Source of the DNA: Candidatus Limnocylindrales bacterium
GTDB taxonomy: Bacteria; Desulfobacterota; Binatia; UBA1149; CAITLU01
Length of the DNA: 64,000 bases
Direction: 5' to 3'
Assembly (NCBI GenBank): GCA_035571835.1
Contig: DATNBU010000034.1
Span: 23,013-87,012, forward strand
The notes beneath the pieces were generated by a model. The model had not been told where the DNA came from. It made no database searches and saw nothing but the letters and a program-made list of their open reading frames with translations. Position numbers and translations under genes: made by a program. Positions 17,248 to 27,121 of the stretch are shown in pieces (position 1 is the stretch's first letter; the number at the start of each line of letters is the position of its first letter).

Positions 17248-19191
17248 CTATTCGAGTGACGTGCCGGACTCGCCTAGCAGCGGCCGGACCTGCGCAAGAT
17301 CATAGGTCGGCTGCTCGCGCTCCTTGAGCGAACGGATGAATTCCTTGAGCGCTTCCTGCTGGCGCGCCGTCTCCAGGGCCTTGACGCGTTCGTTCTTGAC
17401 CGCATCGAACTCCTCACGGGCAGGCTCGGTGACGTTTTCGCGAACGAAAATGACGGCCTTGTTGCCGGCGACGAACGAACGCGGAAGCGGCTCGCCGTCC
17501 TTGGTCGCTCCGAACGCGACTTCCGACAGGCCCTGCACCGGGCCCAGGTCCTTGACGAAGTTTCCGGTCGCGCTCACGTCTTCGGCCGTCTTGACCTCGA
17601 GCTGGTTCTGCTCGGCGACCTGCGCGAGCGTCGAGCCGGATTTCACGGCGGCCAGCATCTCGTCGGCGTGCTTTCGTGCGATGTCGATCGCCTGCTGCGC
17701 GCGGTATTCGGCGGCAACCTGGTCGTGGATCTCGGCGAGCGACGGGATCTGGCTTTCCTTGCGCTCTTCGAGCGACAGCAGGTAGTAGTCGTTGCCCAGC
17801 TTGACCGGCTGCGAGACGTCGCCCGGATTGACGAGCTGGAATGCGGCCTGCACGAACGCGGGCGCCGGACCGATTCCCGGCACCACGTCGCCCTGCGAGA
17901 ACATCCCGGTTTCCTCGAGCTTGACGCCGCGCTGGGTCGCGATCGCGTCGATCTTGGCGCCGTCCGAGATCTTCGCGGAGTCTTCGGCGGAATCATCGAA
18001 CACGCGGTCGAGCGCTTTCTGCGTCGCGAGCGTCTTTCGGATCTTGTCCTTCACTTCCTCGAACGGCGCGACGCCGGCCGGCTTCTTCTCGTAGACCTGG
18101 ATGATGTGGTAGCCGAAGTCGGTTTCGATGATGTCGCTGGTCTTGCCGACGTCGAGCGCGAACGCGGCCGCGTCGAACGCGGGGACCATGCGGCCGTGCG
18201 GGAACAGCCCGAGATCGCCGCCCTTGGCGGCGCTGCCGGGATCGTCGGACTCGGCCTTGGCAATTTCCTCGAAGCTTTCACCGTTGGCGAGCCGCTTCTG
18301 GATCGCTTCGATGGCGTCGCGCGCGGCCTTCTTGGAATTCTCGTCGCCTTCGGCCGCCACTTTCTTCAGGATGTGGCGTGCGCCGACCTGCTCGGGCTGC
18401 TCGAATTCCGAGTTCTTGTTGAGCTCGTAGTATTCGTTGAGGTCGACGTCGGAGATCTCGATCTTGTCAGTTACGTCGGCGACCTTGTAGGCGATGTAGC
18501 GAACCTTGACGCTCGGCGGCCGGCGGTAGCTTTCCTGCTTGCTGTCGTAGAACTTCTTGAGCGCTTCTTCGTCGACGGTCACGTCTTTTTCATACGGCGC
18601 CGAATCGACGGCGAGGTACGAGAGCGTCATCTTGCGCTTCTCGCGCTGGAAATCGCGCCACGCGTCCTCGTCGCTGACGTGCGCGCCGCGGCGCACGATG
18701 TCGGCGATCTGGGCTTCGAGCAGGTCCTGGCGCACCGTCTCCTCGAATGCGCCCGGCGTCATGCCCTGCGCGCGCAGCGTCTCGCGATAAAGGCCCGGCG
18801 AGAATGCGCCGTTGCTCTGGAACGACGGCACTTTCCTCAGCTGCTCGCGGATCGCATCCTCGGTCACCTTGAGGCCGAGGCGATCGGCTTCGACGCGCAG
18901 CACGGCGCCGTCGGTCAGCTGGTCGAGCGTCATCTTCGGGATGTTCATGGCCTTCAGCATCTGCTCGCCGCCGGCGCCTTTGAACTGTTCGCGGAAGTAG
19001 TTCTCGTTGCGGCGGTGCGCCATCTCGTACTCCGCGCGCGAGACCTCGACGCCGCCGACCTTGATCAGCGGCTGCGGCCCCTGGCCAAGCCGTCCCCCGC
19101 CTCCCATGAAGAAGATGAAGGTGAGGATGATCGCGCCAAGAGCGGCTTTGATGCCCCACGAGCGGGCGTTGCGACGCATGAAATCGAGCAT
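17248..19191 (-). CDS. ppiD: Periplasmic chaperone / peptidyl-prolyl isomerase PpiD-like (SurA N-terminal domain plus parvulin domain)
   Basis: 647 aa. N-terminal anchor MLDFMRRNARSWGIKAALGAIILTFIFF. Parvulin motif GGDLGLFPHGRMVPAFDAAAFAL..G..S.IIETDFGYHII. Confidence 0.85.
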   Translation of the reverse strand: MLDFMRRNARSWGIKAALGAIILTFIFFMGGGGRLGQGPQPLIKVGGVEVSRAEYEMAHRRNENYFREQFKGAGGEQMLKAMNIPKMTLDQLTDGAVLRVEADRLGLKVTEDAIREQLRKVPSFQSNGAFSPGLYRETLRAQGMTPGAFEETVRQDLLEAQIADIVRRGAHVSDEDAWRDFQREKRKMTLSYLAVDSAPYEKDVTVDEEALKKFYDSKQESYRRPPSVKVRYIAYKVADVTDKIEISDVDLNEYYELNKNSEFEQPEQVGARHILKKVAAEGDENSKKAARDAIEAIQKRLANGESFEEIAKAESDDPGSAAKGGDLGLFPHGRMVPAFDAAAFALDVGKTSDIIETDFGYHIIQVYEKKPAGVAPFEEVKDKIRKTLATQKALDRVFDDSAEDSAKISDGAKIDAIATQRGVKLEETGMFSQGDVVPGIGPAPAFVQAAFQLVNPGDVSQPVKLGNDYYLLSLEERKESQIPSLAEIHDQVAAEYRAQQAIDIARKHADEMLAAVKSGSTLAQVAEQNQLEVKTAEDVSATGNFVKDLGPVQGLSEVAFGATKDGEPLPRSFVAGNKAVIFVRENVTEPAREEFDAVKNERVKALETARQQEALKEFIRSLKEREQPTYDLAQVRPLLGESGTSLE

Positions 19192-19267
19192 GACGGGGGT
19201 GGACTCCGGAGATGAATTCTAAAGGCAGTTCGGACCGTCCGTTCGGCGCCGCAGAAGTGCGAGCCGT

Positions 19268-19308
19268 ACGAAGAAGGAGCGGCCGCGGTCCGTGGACCGC
19301 GGCCGCCG
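19268..19308 (-). terminator. Hairpin terminator downstream of trxA
   Basis: GCGGCCGCGGTCC / GGACCGCGGCCGC form 12-13 bp arms (19279-19306). On the minus strand they are followed by TCCTTCTTCG, 4 nt after the trxA stop. Confidence 0.55.
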
Positions 19309-19311
19309 GGT

Positions 19312-19638
19312 TCAGGCGGAAACGTTGTCGAGTGCTTGCGAGAGCTTGCTCTTCGGAACCGCGCCGATGATCTGGTCGGCGACTTTGCCGTCCTTGAAGA
19401 CCAGCAGGTTCGGAATGCTGCGCACGCCGAACTGGCTCGCGTACGTCTGGTGGTCGTCGACGTTGATCTTCATGATCTTGACGCGGCCGTGATATTCGCC
19501 GGCGAGCTCCTCGAGCAGCGGCGCGATCGCGCGGCAGGGCCCGCACCACGGCGCCCAGAAATCCACGAGCACGGGCACGTTCGACTTGAGCACTTCCTGG
19601 TCGAACGTGGAGTCGGTCAGTTCCTTGATCTTGCCCAT
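19312..19638 (-). CDS. trxA: Thioredoxin
   Basis: 108 aa starting at the internal ATG: MGKIKELTDSTFDQEVLKSNVPVLVDFWAPWCGPCRAIAP, with the WCGPC active site. The track ORF is extended upstream into the tRNA gene. Confidence 0.95.
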   Translation of the reverse strand: MGKIKELTDSTFDQEVLKSNVPVLVDFWAPWCGPCRAIAPLLEELAGEYHGRVKIMKINVDDHQTYASQFGVRSIPNLLVFKDGKVADQIIGAVPKSKLSQALDNVSA

Positions 19639-19708
19639 ATGTTTACTCCCTTCTGCCGGCCGGTGGCGCCGATCGACTGGTGATGCTGCGGCCCGACGCG
19701 GACGAAAC

Positions 19709-19795
19709 TGGTGCCGGAGGTCGGACTCGAACCGACACGGAGTTGCCTCCACCGGATTTTGAGTCCGGCGCGTCTGCCAATTTCACCACTCCGGC
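19709..19795 (-). tRNA. tRNA-Leu (anticodon CAA), type II with long variable arm, CCA encoded
   Basis: Reverse complement is GCCGGAGTGGTGAAATTGGCAGACGCGCCGGACTCAAAATCCGGTGGAGGCAACTCCGTGTCGGTTCGAGTCCGACCTCCGGCACCA. Acceptor GCCGGAG/CTCCGGC; anticodon arm CCGGA-CTCAAAA-TCCGG; T arm GTCGG-TTCGAGT-CCGAC. Confidence 0.9.
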
Positions 19796-19920
19796 GGCGT
19801 TCAACCCGACTTCCTAATCACGGGGTGCCGCCGAGTCTATCGGACCGGCCCGGTCGGGTCACCCTGCCGACGGCCATCGTTTCAGCGCTCGCCCCCTTGA
19901 AAAGCGGCGCAAAAGCGCCG

Positions 19921-21723
19921 TCAGACCGAGTAGTGGACGGTCCGCGTGTGGAGATTGCTGTCCTTGAGCGGGCAGGTCCCGCACGGGTCGCCCATGAATC
20001 CGAACGCGAACTGGACGCCTTTCTGCGTGCTCGTGTGGCGGATCGGCTGCTCGTAGAAGATGTGGGTCTCGCCGAGTCGCTGGTCCAGCCCGGTGCGATC
20101 GAGCGCCTCCGCGAGGTCCTTGCGGACGCCGACCAGGATCACCTGCACGCCGCGTTTCTGGATGCGGGCCACGTGCTCGTCGAGCAGCCGCATGCAGACG
20201 GCGTCGGGGCTACGCACCCGCTTCATCCGCAGCACGATCGCGCGCGTGGTCGGCTGGATGCGGGCTTCGATCGTGTCCAGGTGATCCTCGAACGGCGTCG
20301 CCGAGCCGAAGAACATCTCGCCTTCGAGGCCGTAGATCTGGATGCGGCCGCACAGCACGTCATCCTCGAAGCGTTCGTGAATGACGCCCTCGGGCGTGAC
20401 GACGAACTCGGTAAGCTGCATGTGGCCGGTGCGCGGCACCGTCAGCAGGAACGACAGGAACACGCCGATCAGCACGCAGAACTCGACGCTGACCGCGATC
20501 GCCGAGATCGCCGTGACCGCGACGATCACGGCGTCGAACCGGGACGCACGGATGTGATAGCGCAGCGACGTCCAGTCGATCATCTTCCAGGCCGTCAGCA
20601 TCAGGATGCCGGCCATCGCGGCTTTCGGGATGAAGCGCGCGTACGGCGCGAACATCATCATGATCGCGGCGACCGCGATCGCCGAGATCACGCCTGACCA
20701 CTGCGAGACCGCGCCGGCCTGGGTGTTGATTGCCGATCGCGTGAGCGAGCCGGAGCCGGGGAAGCACTGGAAGAAACTGCCGGTCAGGTTCGCGACGCCT
20801 TCGGACAGGCACTGCTGGTTGATGTCGAGCTTCTGCCTCGAGACGCTCGCGATCAGCTTGGCCATCGAGATCGCCTCGAGAAGACCGAGCGTGGCGAGCG
20901 CGAGCGCGCTCGATGCCAGCGGACGCAGATACGTCGTATCGAAGACCGGCAGGGCGAAGTGCGGCAGGTCGCCGGGGATTTCGCCGACGAGCTTTACGCC
21001 CTGCTTGTCGAGCTCGAGCCATGCGGCCGCCGCCGCCATCACGCAGACGGTCGTCAGCAGCTCCGGAAACAGCTTGAAGCCGAGCACAGTCTTCAGCGCG
21101 CGAAGCAGCAGCACGATCGCGATGGCGGCAAGCCCGCATTCCAGGGTCGCCATGTGGACCGGGCCGCCCTGCGTCATCGTCTCCCAGAATCGCGACAGAA
21201 ACGCGGTGTGCGGATCGCCCATCGCCTTCATGCCAAGAAGATTCTTGAGCTGGTCGAGCACCAGCAGCACGCTCGCGCCGACCGTGAAGCCGACGATGAC
21301 CGAGTGCGAAATGTAGCGCGTCAGGTCCCCGAGTTGCAGCAGCGTGATGCCGATCTGGATGGTGCCGACGAGCACCGACAGCATGACCGCGGCCTGCAGC
21401 CGCGCTTCGGGCGGCACCAGCGCGAGCGCGCTCAGCAGCGCGATCGAGATCGCGTTGGTCGGGCCGTTGATGAGCTGCCTCGACGAGTCGAACAGCGCGC
21501 CCGCAGCGGTCATCACGATCGCGGTGTAAAGGCCGTACTGCGGCGGAAGGCCGGCGACGATCGCGTACGCCATCGCCTGCGGCACGGCGACCGTGGCGAC
21601 GGTCAGGCCGGCGAGAAGGTCGGCGCGAAAATCGTAAAGGCTGTAGTTGCGAAGCGAATCGAGCGCCGGGATGCGCTGATACAGAAGACCAAGGGCTCCT
21701 GAAGGTCTGGTAGTCGCCTGCAT
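19921..21723 (-). CDS. SulP family inorganic anion transporter with C-terminal STAS domain
   Basis: 600 aa. DLLAGLTVATVAVPQAMAYAIVAGLPPQYGLYTAIV...LINGPTNAISI, followed by a cytoplasmic STAS-like tail. Confidence 0.9.
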   Translation of the reverse strand: MQATTRPSGALGLLYQRIPALDSLRNYSLYDFRADLLAGLTVATVAVPQAMAYAIVAGLPPQYGLYTAIVMTAAGALFDSSRQLINGPTNAISIALLSALALVPPEARLQAAVMLSVLVGTIQIGITLLQLGDLTRYISHSVIVGFTVGASVLLVLDQLKNLLGMKAMGDPHTAFLSRFWETMTQGGPVHMATLECGLAAIAIVLLLRALKTVLGFKLFPELLTTVCVMAAAAAWLELDKQGVKLVGEIPGDLPHFALPVFDTTYLRPLASSALALATLGLLEAISMAKLIASVSRQKLDINQQCLSEGVANLTGSFFQCFPGSGSLTRSAINTQAGAVSQWSGVISAIAVAAIMMMFAPYARFIPKAAMAGILMLTAWKMIDWTSLRYHIRASRFDAVIVAVTAISAIAVSVEFCVLIGVFLSFLLTVPRTGHMQLTEFVVTPEGVIHERFEDDVLCGRIQIYGLEGEMFFGSATPFEDHLDTIEARIQPTTRAIVLRMKRVRSPDAVCMRLLDEHVARIQKRGVQVILVGVRKDLAEALDRTGLDQRLGETHIFYEQPIRHTSTQKGVQFAFGFMGDPCGTCPLKDSNLHTRTVHYSV

Positions 21724-21741
21724 CGGGGTAGCCGGAGGTCG

Positions 21742-22527
21742 TTACTGCTTCTTCTTCGCGGCTTCCTGCTGGCGTGCAAGCTTCTTTTCGAGCTCGATCA
21801 GCGTCGGCTGCTCGATCGGCTTGTTCTTCGCCCGCAAGTCGATCTTGACGAGCGCGTCGGTGACGAGGCGATCGAGATCGCTTCCGGGGCGCGTGCCGCG
21901 AAGCGCAGCCAGCTTGTCCTTGACCTCGGGAGTCCCGGTCTCGCCGACGGCGTACACTGCGCGGCAGGCAAGGTCGTTGTCGTTGATGGTAGCGGCGTAG
22001 CTGACCAGCCGGTCACTGGTGGTCGGATCGTCGATGCGGCTGAGCGCCGTCAGCGTCCGGAGTTTTTCGTCGCGCCCGATATCGGTCAGGAACAGAAGCT
22101 GCATCAGCACCGGCGTCGCTTCGACGGCACGCAGCGCGCCGAGAAAATCGATTGCGCGAGTGCGAACGCGGTAATCTTCGTCGGACGTGGCTTCGATCAG
22201 AGGCTTGATCGCGTCATCCCCGCCTTTGGTTCCGAGCGAATCGACGGCGTCGAGCCGTGTGCGCGCGTCCGGATCGCTCAGGCGCTTCTTCCATTCCTCG
22301 ACGTTCGCGCCTTTGGCGGTGCGATTGTAGCGCTCGACCGCCGGGTGCGAGCGTTCCTGCTCGCTTGCCTGCGCGCGGGCATACGAAGGCAGCAGCAGGA
22401 TCGACGTCGACGCCGTCGCTGCGAGAACGAAGACAGCTCGAAGGCTTGGATGGTGCGGCCGGCTGAGGCTGATTTTGCGCAGCGCGGTGACGGTGCGGGA
22501 GAACGGAGCGGGCAAAGTCCACGGCAT
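21742..22527 (-). CDS. HEAT-repeat protein, probably exported
   Basis: 261 aa. Hydrophobic segment RAVFVLAATASTSILLLPSYARA. HEAT/PBS-lyase-like repeats (DPDARTRLDAVDSLGTKGGDDAIKPLIEATSDEDYRVRTRAIDFLGAL). The start codon is uncertain. Confidence 0.7.
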   Translation of the reverse strand: MPWTLPAPFSRTVTALRKISLSRPHHPSLRAVFVLAATASTSILLLPSYARAQASEQERSHPAVERYNRTAKGANVEEWKKRLSDPDARTRLDAVDSLGTKGGDDAIKPLIEATSDEDYRVRTRAIDFLGALRAVEATPVLMQLLFLTDIGRDEKLRTLTALSRIDDPTTSDRLVSYAATINDNDLACRAVYAVGETGTPEVKDKLAALRGTRPGSDLDRLVTDALVKIDLRAKNKPIEQPTLIELEKKLARQQEAAKKKQ

Positions 22528-22697
22528 AGACCGGCGAGACTACGGCGGGGGTTCCCAAGCATCAACTGTCGTCGCCCGCGCAGTGGCTGTGCCGGTCCCA
22601 CTGGTGAGCGCGGATTTTCCAGGATCCGCCATGGCCGCAGCCTTTCGGCCGTCTCATTTCTGGCCAGGCGCTCGATGGGGCGCAAAGGAGAAGCACG

Positions 22698-23234
22698 ATG
22701 AGGACCAGAACGGCATCCGGCCCGACCAGCAGCAGAATTTCGAAAACGACAGCCCGCGACCGCCGCGGGACGCGCTCGAGCAAGACGCCCGCAGTTGCGA
22801 ACAAACTGCCCGCCTTTGCGGATCCGAGCGTCTGCGAATCATGCGCGGCGGTCTACACGCGACGCACGTGGCGCCGCAATCGCCCGATCACGCGCGAGCT
22901 GCTCGAAGCCGCCGACTGGGTTCAGTGCCCCGCCTGCGAGCAGAAGAAGAACGGCATCGCGTACGGCCGGGTCGTGGCGAAGGGCAGCCTCGACGCGCGC
23001 CGGCTCGCGGCGATCGAGCGGCGCGTACACAACGTGGCGGAGCGCGCCGGGTTTACGCAGCCCGAGCGGACGATCGTGTCGATGGAGCGTACCGGGGACG
23101 GTCTCGAAGTGCTGACGACATCGCAGAAGCTCGCACACCGCATCGCAAGCGAGCTCGAGAAGGCCTTCGGCGGCCGCACGAAGTACGCATGGGCCGGCGA
23201 CGACGGCTCGCTGTCCGCAACCTGGACTGCATAG
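22698..23234 (+). CDS. NMD3-like zinc-ribbon protein (resembles the BCAM0308 family from memory)
   Basis: 178 aa. Two CxxC pairs (CESCAAVY....WVQCPACEQ) followed by ...ERTIVSMERTGDGLEVLTTSQKLAHRIASELEKAFGG. The family name is recalled from memory and not verified. Confidence 0.7.
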   Translation: MRTRTASGPTSSRISKTTARDRRGTRSSKTPAVANKLPAFADPSVCESCAAVYTRRTWRRNRPITRELLEAADWVQCPACEQKKNGIAYGRVVAKGSLDARRLAAIERRVHNVAERAGFTQPERTIVSMERTGDGLEVLTTSQKLAHRIASELEKAFGGRTKYAWAGDDGSLSATWTA

Positions 23235-23286
23235 AAATCGGGACAGACACCGATTTCGAGGAATCGGTGTCTGTCCCCGATTTTTC
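23235..23286. terminator. Long perfect hairpin with flanking A/T tracts (bidirectional terminator between convergent genes)
   Basis: AAATCGGGACAGACACCGATT-TCGAGG-AATCGGTGTCTGTCCCCGATTTTT begins directly after the stop at 23234. Confidence 0.65.
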
Positions 23287-23458
23287 AGCCTCGCGAAGTC
23301 GCAGATGTTCCGGGCCTATGCGCGGGCGTCGAGAGTGGGTCAGATGCGAGGCGGATTCCGGCGTAGAGAGGGAGTCGTACTTCCCGTACGTCGACCGAAC
23401 GAAGCCGGAATCCAACGAAGCAGATGGCCCGCTATCGGCGCCCGCCCGTCTTGAATCG

Positions 23459-26400
23459 CTATCGCCACAGGCGGCGCCATTGCCAGCTGCGCGCGCGGTA
23501 GAACAGGATTGGGTAGACGACCAGCTCCATCGCGAAGCTGACCAGCAGGCCGCCGATCATGGGAGCCGCCAGCCGGCGCATCACGTCGGCGCCGGTTCCG
23601 TGCGCCCACAGCAGCGGCACGAGCCCGATGAACGCGGTTCCGACGGTCATCGCTTTCGGACGGATGCGGCGCACGGCGCCGTCGTGGATCGCGGCCCAGA
23701 GGTCGTCCCGCGAGTGCATGCGGCCTTCGGCGGCGAAGCGGTCGAAGCTGTTCTCGAGATACAGCAGCATCACGAGACCGGTTTCGGCGTCGAGGCCCGC
23801 AAGCGCGATCATCCCGATCACGACCGCGAGCGAAAGGTTGTAGCCAAGCAGCCACAGCAGCCAGAACGCGCCGATCAGGCTGAACGGCACGGCCAGCATG
23901 ACGATCGCAACGCGGGGCCAGCTCTGGGTCGAAGCGTATAGCAGCAGCACGATCGCGAACATGGTCAGCACGCCGGCGGCGACCAGACGCGGAATCGTCT
24001 TCTCCCAGAACTCAAACTGGCCGGACCATAGCAGCGTGTATCCGGGCGGCAGCACCACCTGCTGCGCGACGACGCGGCGCGCTTCGGCGATGTATCCTCC
24101 GAGATCGCGGCCGGCGATGTCCACGTAAACCCACGCGGTCGGCTGAGCGTTCTCGGACTTGATCATCGGTGGTCCGGCATGGATCTCGAGGCGCGCAAGC
24201 TGGCCGAGCGGCACCTGCGCGCCGCCCGGGGTCTGGACGAGCACCGCGCGCAGCGCAGGAAGATCGTCGCGCAGCTCGCGTGCGTAACGCACGTTGAGCG
24301 GATAGCGCTCGAGCCCCTCGACGGTCCACGTCACGTTCATTCCGCCGATTGCCGTCTCGACGACGTCCTGCACGTCGCCGGTCGTCAGCCCGTAGCGGCC
24401 CGCGGCGACGCGATCGATCTCGAAGTCGAGATAGTAGCCGCCGAACGTGCGCTCGGGATACGCGCTGATCGTGCCGTCGATGGTTCGCACCGCGTTCGCG
24501 ATGCGTTCGGACAACTCGCCGAGAACGGCAAGATCGGGTCCGAGCACCTTGATGCCGACCGGAGTCTTGATGCCGGTTGCGAGCATGTTGAGCCGGTTCT
24601 CGATCGGAAACGGCCACGCGTTGGCGACGCCGGGAAGAGAGACAGTCGAGTTGAGGCCCGGATGCATCGTGCCGTCGGCGTCCTGCCAGCCGAACTTGAG
24701 CTCGTCGGTGCGGATCGGCCTTTCGATCGGCCAGAAGTATGCGAGCGGGCTTCGCAGCAGCGACGGCCAGTCGGAGAAGAACCGCGACAGCGTGCGCGTT
24801 CGCCATTTCGACGGATCGGTCTCGAGCTGCACGACCGTCTCGATCATCGACAGCGGAGCCGGATCGGTTGCCGTATCGGCACGGCCGATCTTGCCGTGCA
24901 CCGAGCGCACCTCGGGGAACGTGCGGATCAACTTGTTGGTCTGCTGCAGGAGCTCCTTGCTCTTGGTGATGCTGATGCTCGGATCGGTCGTCGGCATGTA
25001 CAGGAGGTCGCCTTCGTCGAGCGGCGGCATGAACTCGCTGCCGAGATGCATCGCCGGATACGCGGTCGACAGCATCGCGAGCACCGCGAGCACCAGCACG
25101 AGGCGGTGATGGCGCATCGCGCCGCGGAAGACCGGATCGTACAGGCCCTGCAGCACGCGGCTGATCGGGCTGTGCTGCTCGTGGATGATCCGCTGCGGGA
25201 TCAGCAGCATCCCGGCCAGCACGGCCCACGCGATCGCCAGCCAGTGGCGGATTCCTGCGACGGCATCGATGTGCGCAGCGATTCCGTAGATGGCGGCGGC
25301 CGGCACCAGCATCGCAGCGGCAGTGATCAGCGTGTTGCGCCGGCGTCCCCACTCGATCGGCAGCACGCGCGCGGTGATCAGGTAGATCATCAGCACCGGC
25401 ACGATCGTCACCGCAAGGAACGATGCGGACGCCATCGCGAGCGTCTTGGTCAGCGCCAGCGGCCGGAACAGGCGGCCGGCCTCTCCGCCGAGCACGAACA
25501 CCGGAAGGAAGCTGACGGTGATGATCGCGAGCGAGAAGAACAGCGTCGGGCCGACTTCCTGCGCGGCTTCGAGGATCATCTCGGCGCGCGGGCGCGGCAC
25601 GGCGGCAATTCCCGCTGCGGCCGCTGCGTGCAGGCGCTCCTCCTCGCGATCGAGATGCTTGTGGGCGTTCTCGACCATGACGATCGATGCATCGACCATC
25701 ACGCCGATCGCGATCGCGATGCCGCCGAGCGACATGATGTTCGCGTTGATGCCGGCCAGATGCATCACCAGCAGCGCGACCAGCACGCCCGACGGAACCA
25801 CGAAGACCGCGACCAGCTCACTGCGCGCATGCAGCAGGAACGCAATGCAGACCAGCCCGACGACGAGGATTTCTTCGATCAGCGTGTCGCGCAGCGTCTC
25901 GATCGAACGCTCGATCAGCGACGAGCGGTCGTACGTCGTGCGCAGGAAGACCCCGGGCGGCAGCCCGCCTTCGAGCTCAAACAGCTTCGCTTTCGCGTCG
26001 CGGATCACCTTGTAGGCATTCTCGCCGAAGCGGGCGATGACGACGCCGCCGACGGCTTCGCCGGTTCCGTTGTATTCGCCGACGCCGCGCCGCGATTCGC
26101 CGCCGATTTCGACCGTTGCGACGTCGCCGAGAAGAATCGGCGTGCCGCGCTCGCCGACGCCGACCGGAACTTTGGCGATGTCTTCGGTGCCGCGAAGGTA
26201 TCCGCGCGAACGCACCATGTACTCGTGCTCGGCCATCTCGACGACCGATCCGCCGACGTCGTTGTTCGAACGGCGCAGCGCTTCGGAGATCTGGCCGACG
26301 GCGAGGCCGAACGCCTGCAGGCGAAGCGGATCGAGCACGACCTGGTACTGGCGCACGAAGCCGCCGATCGGCGCGACCTCCGAGACGCCTTCGACCGCGG

Positions 26401-27112
26401 TCAGCGGAAAACGCAGGTACCAGTCCTGAAGACTGCGAAGCCCGGCAAGATCGAGGTTCGACGAAACCAGCAGCTTGCCGCCGAGCGGGCAGCTGCCCGG
26501 CTTTTCGAAGCCGCGCACGCGCTCGAGAAGCTTGCGCCGATCCGGCGGCGCATCGTCGACGCTCGCGTACCAGTTCGCGTCCGCCCTTTTCGATGAATCG
26601 GCCGCGTCACCTCCACCGTGCGCAGCACCTGCATCGCGCCAGATCCCGGCCGGATGGTCGGCGCAGTACCAGCCCGGATAGATCACGTACTGGTAGACCC
26701 AGCCGACGCCGGTCGCGTCCGGCCCGAGCTTTGGCTCGACGCCTTTCGGCAACCGGTCGCGAACGAAGTTCAGGTACTCGAGGACGCGGCTTCGCGCCCA
26801 GTAGATGTCGGTGCCGTCTTCGAACAGCACGTAGACGAACGACTGCTCGAACATGCTGTAGCCGCGCACGACGGTCGAGCCCGGCACCGACAGCATCGCC
26901 GTCGTCAGCGGATACGTGACCTGGTTGTTGACGACTTCCGGATTCTGTCCCGGATACTCGGTGACGACGATGACCTGCACGTCGGACAGGTCGGGAATCG
27001 CGTCGAGACCGATCCGGAACATGCTCCAGACGCCGAGGCTGACGACCATGGCCGTCAGCAGCAGCACGAGCAGCCGGTTGCGCACGCAAAGGGCGATGAG
27101 GCGAGAGATCAT
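23459..27112 (-). CDS. cusA: CusA/CzcA family heavy-metal efflux RND permease (unusually long, 1217 aa)
   Basis: MISRLIALCVRNRLLVLLLTAMVVSLGVWSMFRIGLDAIPDLSDVQVIVVTEYPGQNPEVVNNQVTYPLTTAM...GTDIYWARSRVLEYLN. It is the last gene of the cusC-cusB-cusA order. Confidence 0.93.
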   Translation of the reverse strand: MISRLIALCVRNRLLVLLLTAMVVSLGVWSMFRIGLDAIPDLSDVQVIVVTEYPGQNPEVVNNQVTYPLTTAMLSVPGSTVVRGYSMFEQSFVYVLFEDGTDIYWARSRVLEYLNFVRDRLPKGVEPKLGPDATGVGWVYQYVIYPGWYCADHPAGIWRDAGAAHGGGDAADSSKRADANWYASVDDAPPDRRKLLERVRGFEKPGSCPLGGKLLVSSNLDLAGLRSLQDWYLRFPLTAVEGVSEVAPIGGFVRQYQVVLDPLRLQAFGLAVGQISEALRRSNNDVGGSVVEMAEHEYMVRSRGYLRGTEDIAKVPVGVGERGTPILLGDVATVEIGGESRRGVGEYNGTGEAVGGVVIARFGENAYKVIRDAKAKLFELEGGLPPGVFLRTTYDRSSLIERSIETLRDTLIEEILVVGLVCIAFLLHARSELVAVFVVPSGVLVALLVMHLAGINANIMSLGGIAIAIGVMVDASIVMVENAHKHLDREEERLHAAAAAGIAAVPRPRAEMILEAAQEVGPTLFFSLAIITVSFLPVFVLGGEAGRLFRPLALTKTLAMASASFLAVTIVPVLMIYLITARVLPIEWGRRRNTLITAAAMLVPAAAIYGIAAHIDAVAGIRHWLAIAWAVLAGMLLIPQRIIHEQHSPISRVLQGLYDPVFRGAMRHHRLVLVLAVLAMLSTAYPAMHLGSEFMPPLDEGDLLYMPTTDPSISITKSKELLQQTNKLIRTFPEVRSVHGKIGRADTATDPAPLSMIETVVQLETDPSKWRTRTLSRFFSDWPSLLRSPLAYFWPIERPIRTDELKFGWQDADGTMHPGLNSTVSLPGVANAWPFPIENRLNMLATGIKTPVGIKVLGPDLAVLGELSERIANAVRTIDGTISAYPERTFGGYYLDFEIDRVAAGRYGLTTGDVQDVVETAIGGMNVTWTVEGLERYPLNVRYARELRDDLPALRAVLVQTPGGAQVPLGQLARLEIHAGPPMIKSENAQPTAWVYVDIAGRDLGGYIAEARRVVAQQVVLPPGYTLLWSGQFEFWEKTIPRLVAAGVLTMFAIVLLLYASTQSWPRVAIVMLAVPFSLIGAFWLLWLLGYNLSLAVVIGMIALAGLDAETGLVMLLYLENSFDRFAAEGRMHSRDDLWAAIHDGAVRRIRPKAMTVGTAFIGLVPLLWAHGTGADVMRRLAAPMIGGLLVSFAMELVVYPILFYRARSWQWRRLWR

Positions 27113-27121
27113 CGAATCACC

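Noticed and set aside
19709-19795. tRNA-Leu as an integration site for a genomic island.
   Set aside because: There is no integrase, no partial tRNA direct repeat, and the flanking genes (trxA, SulP) look like core genes with normal GC.
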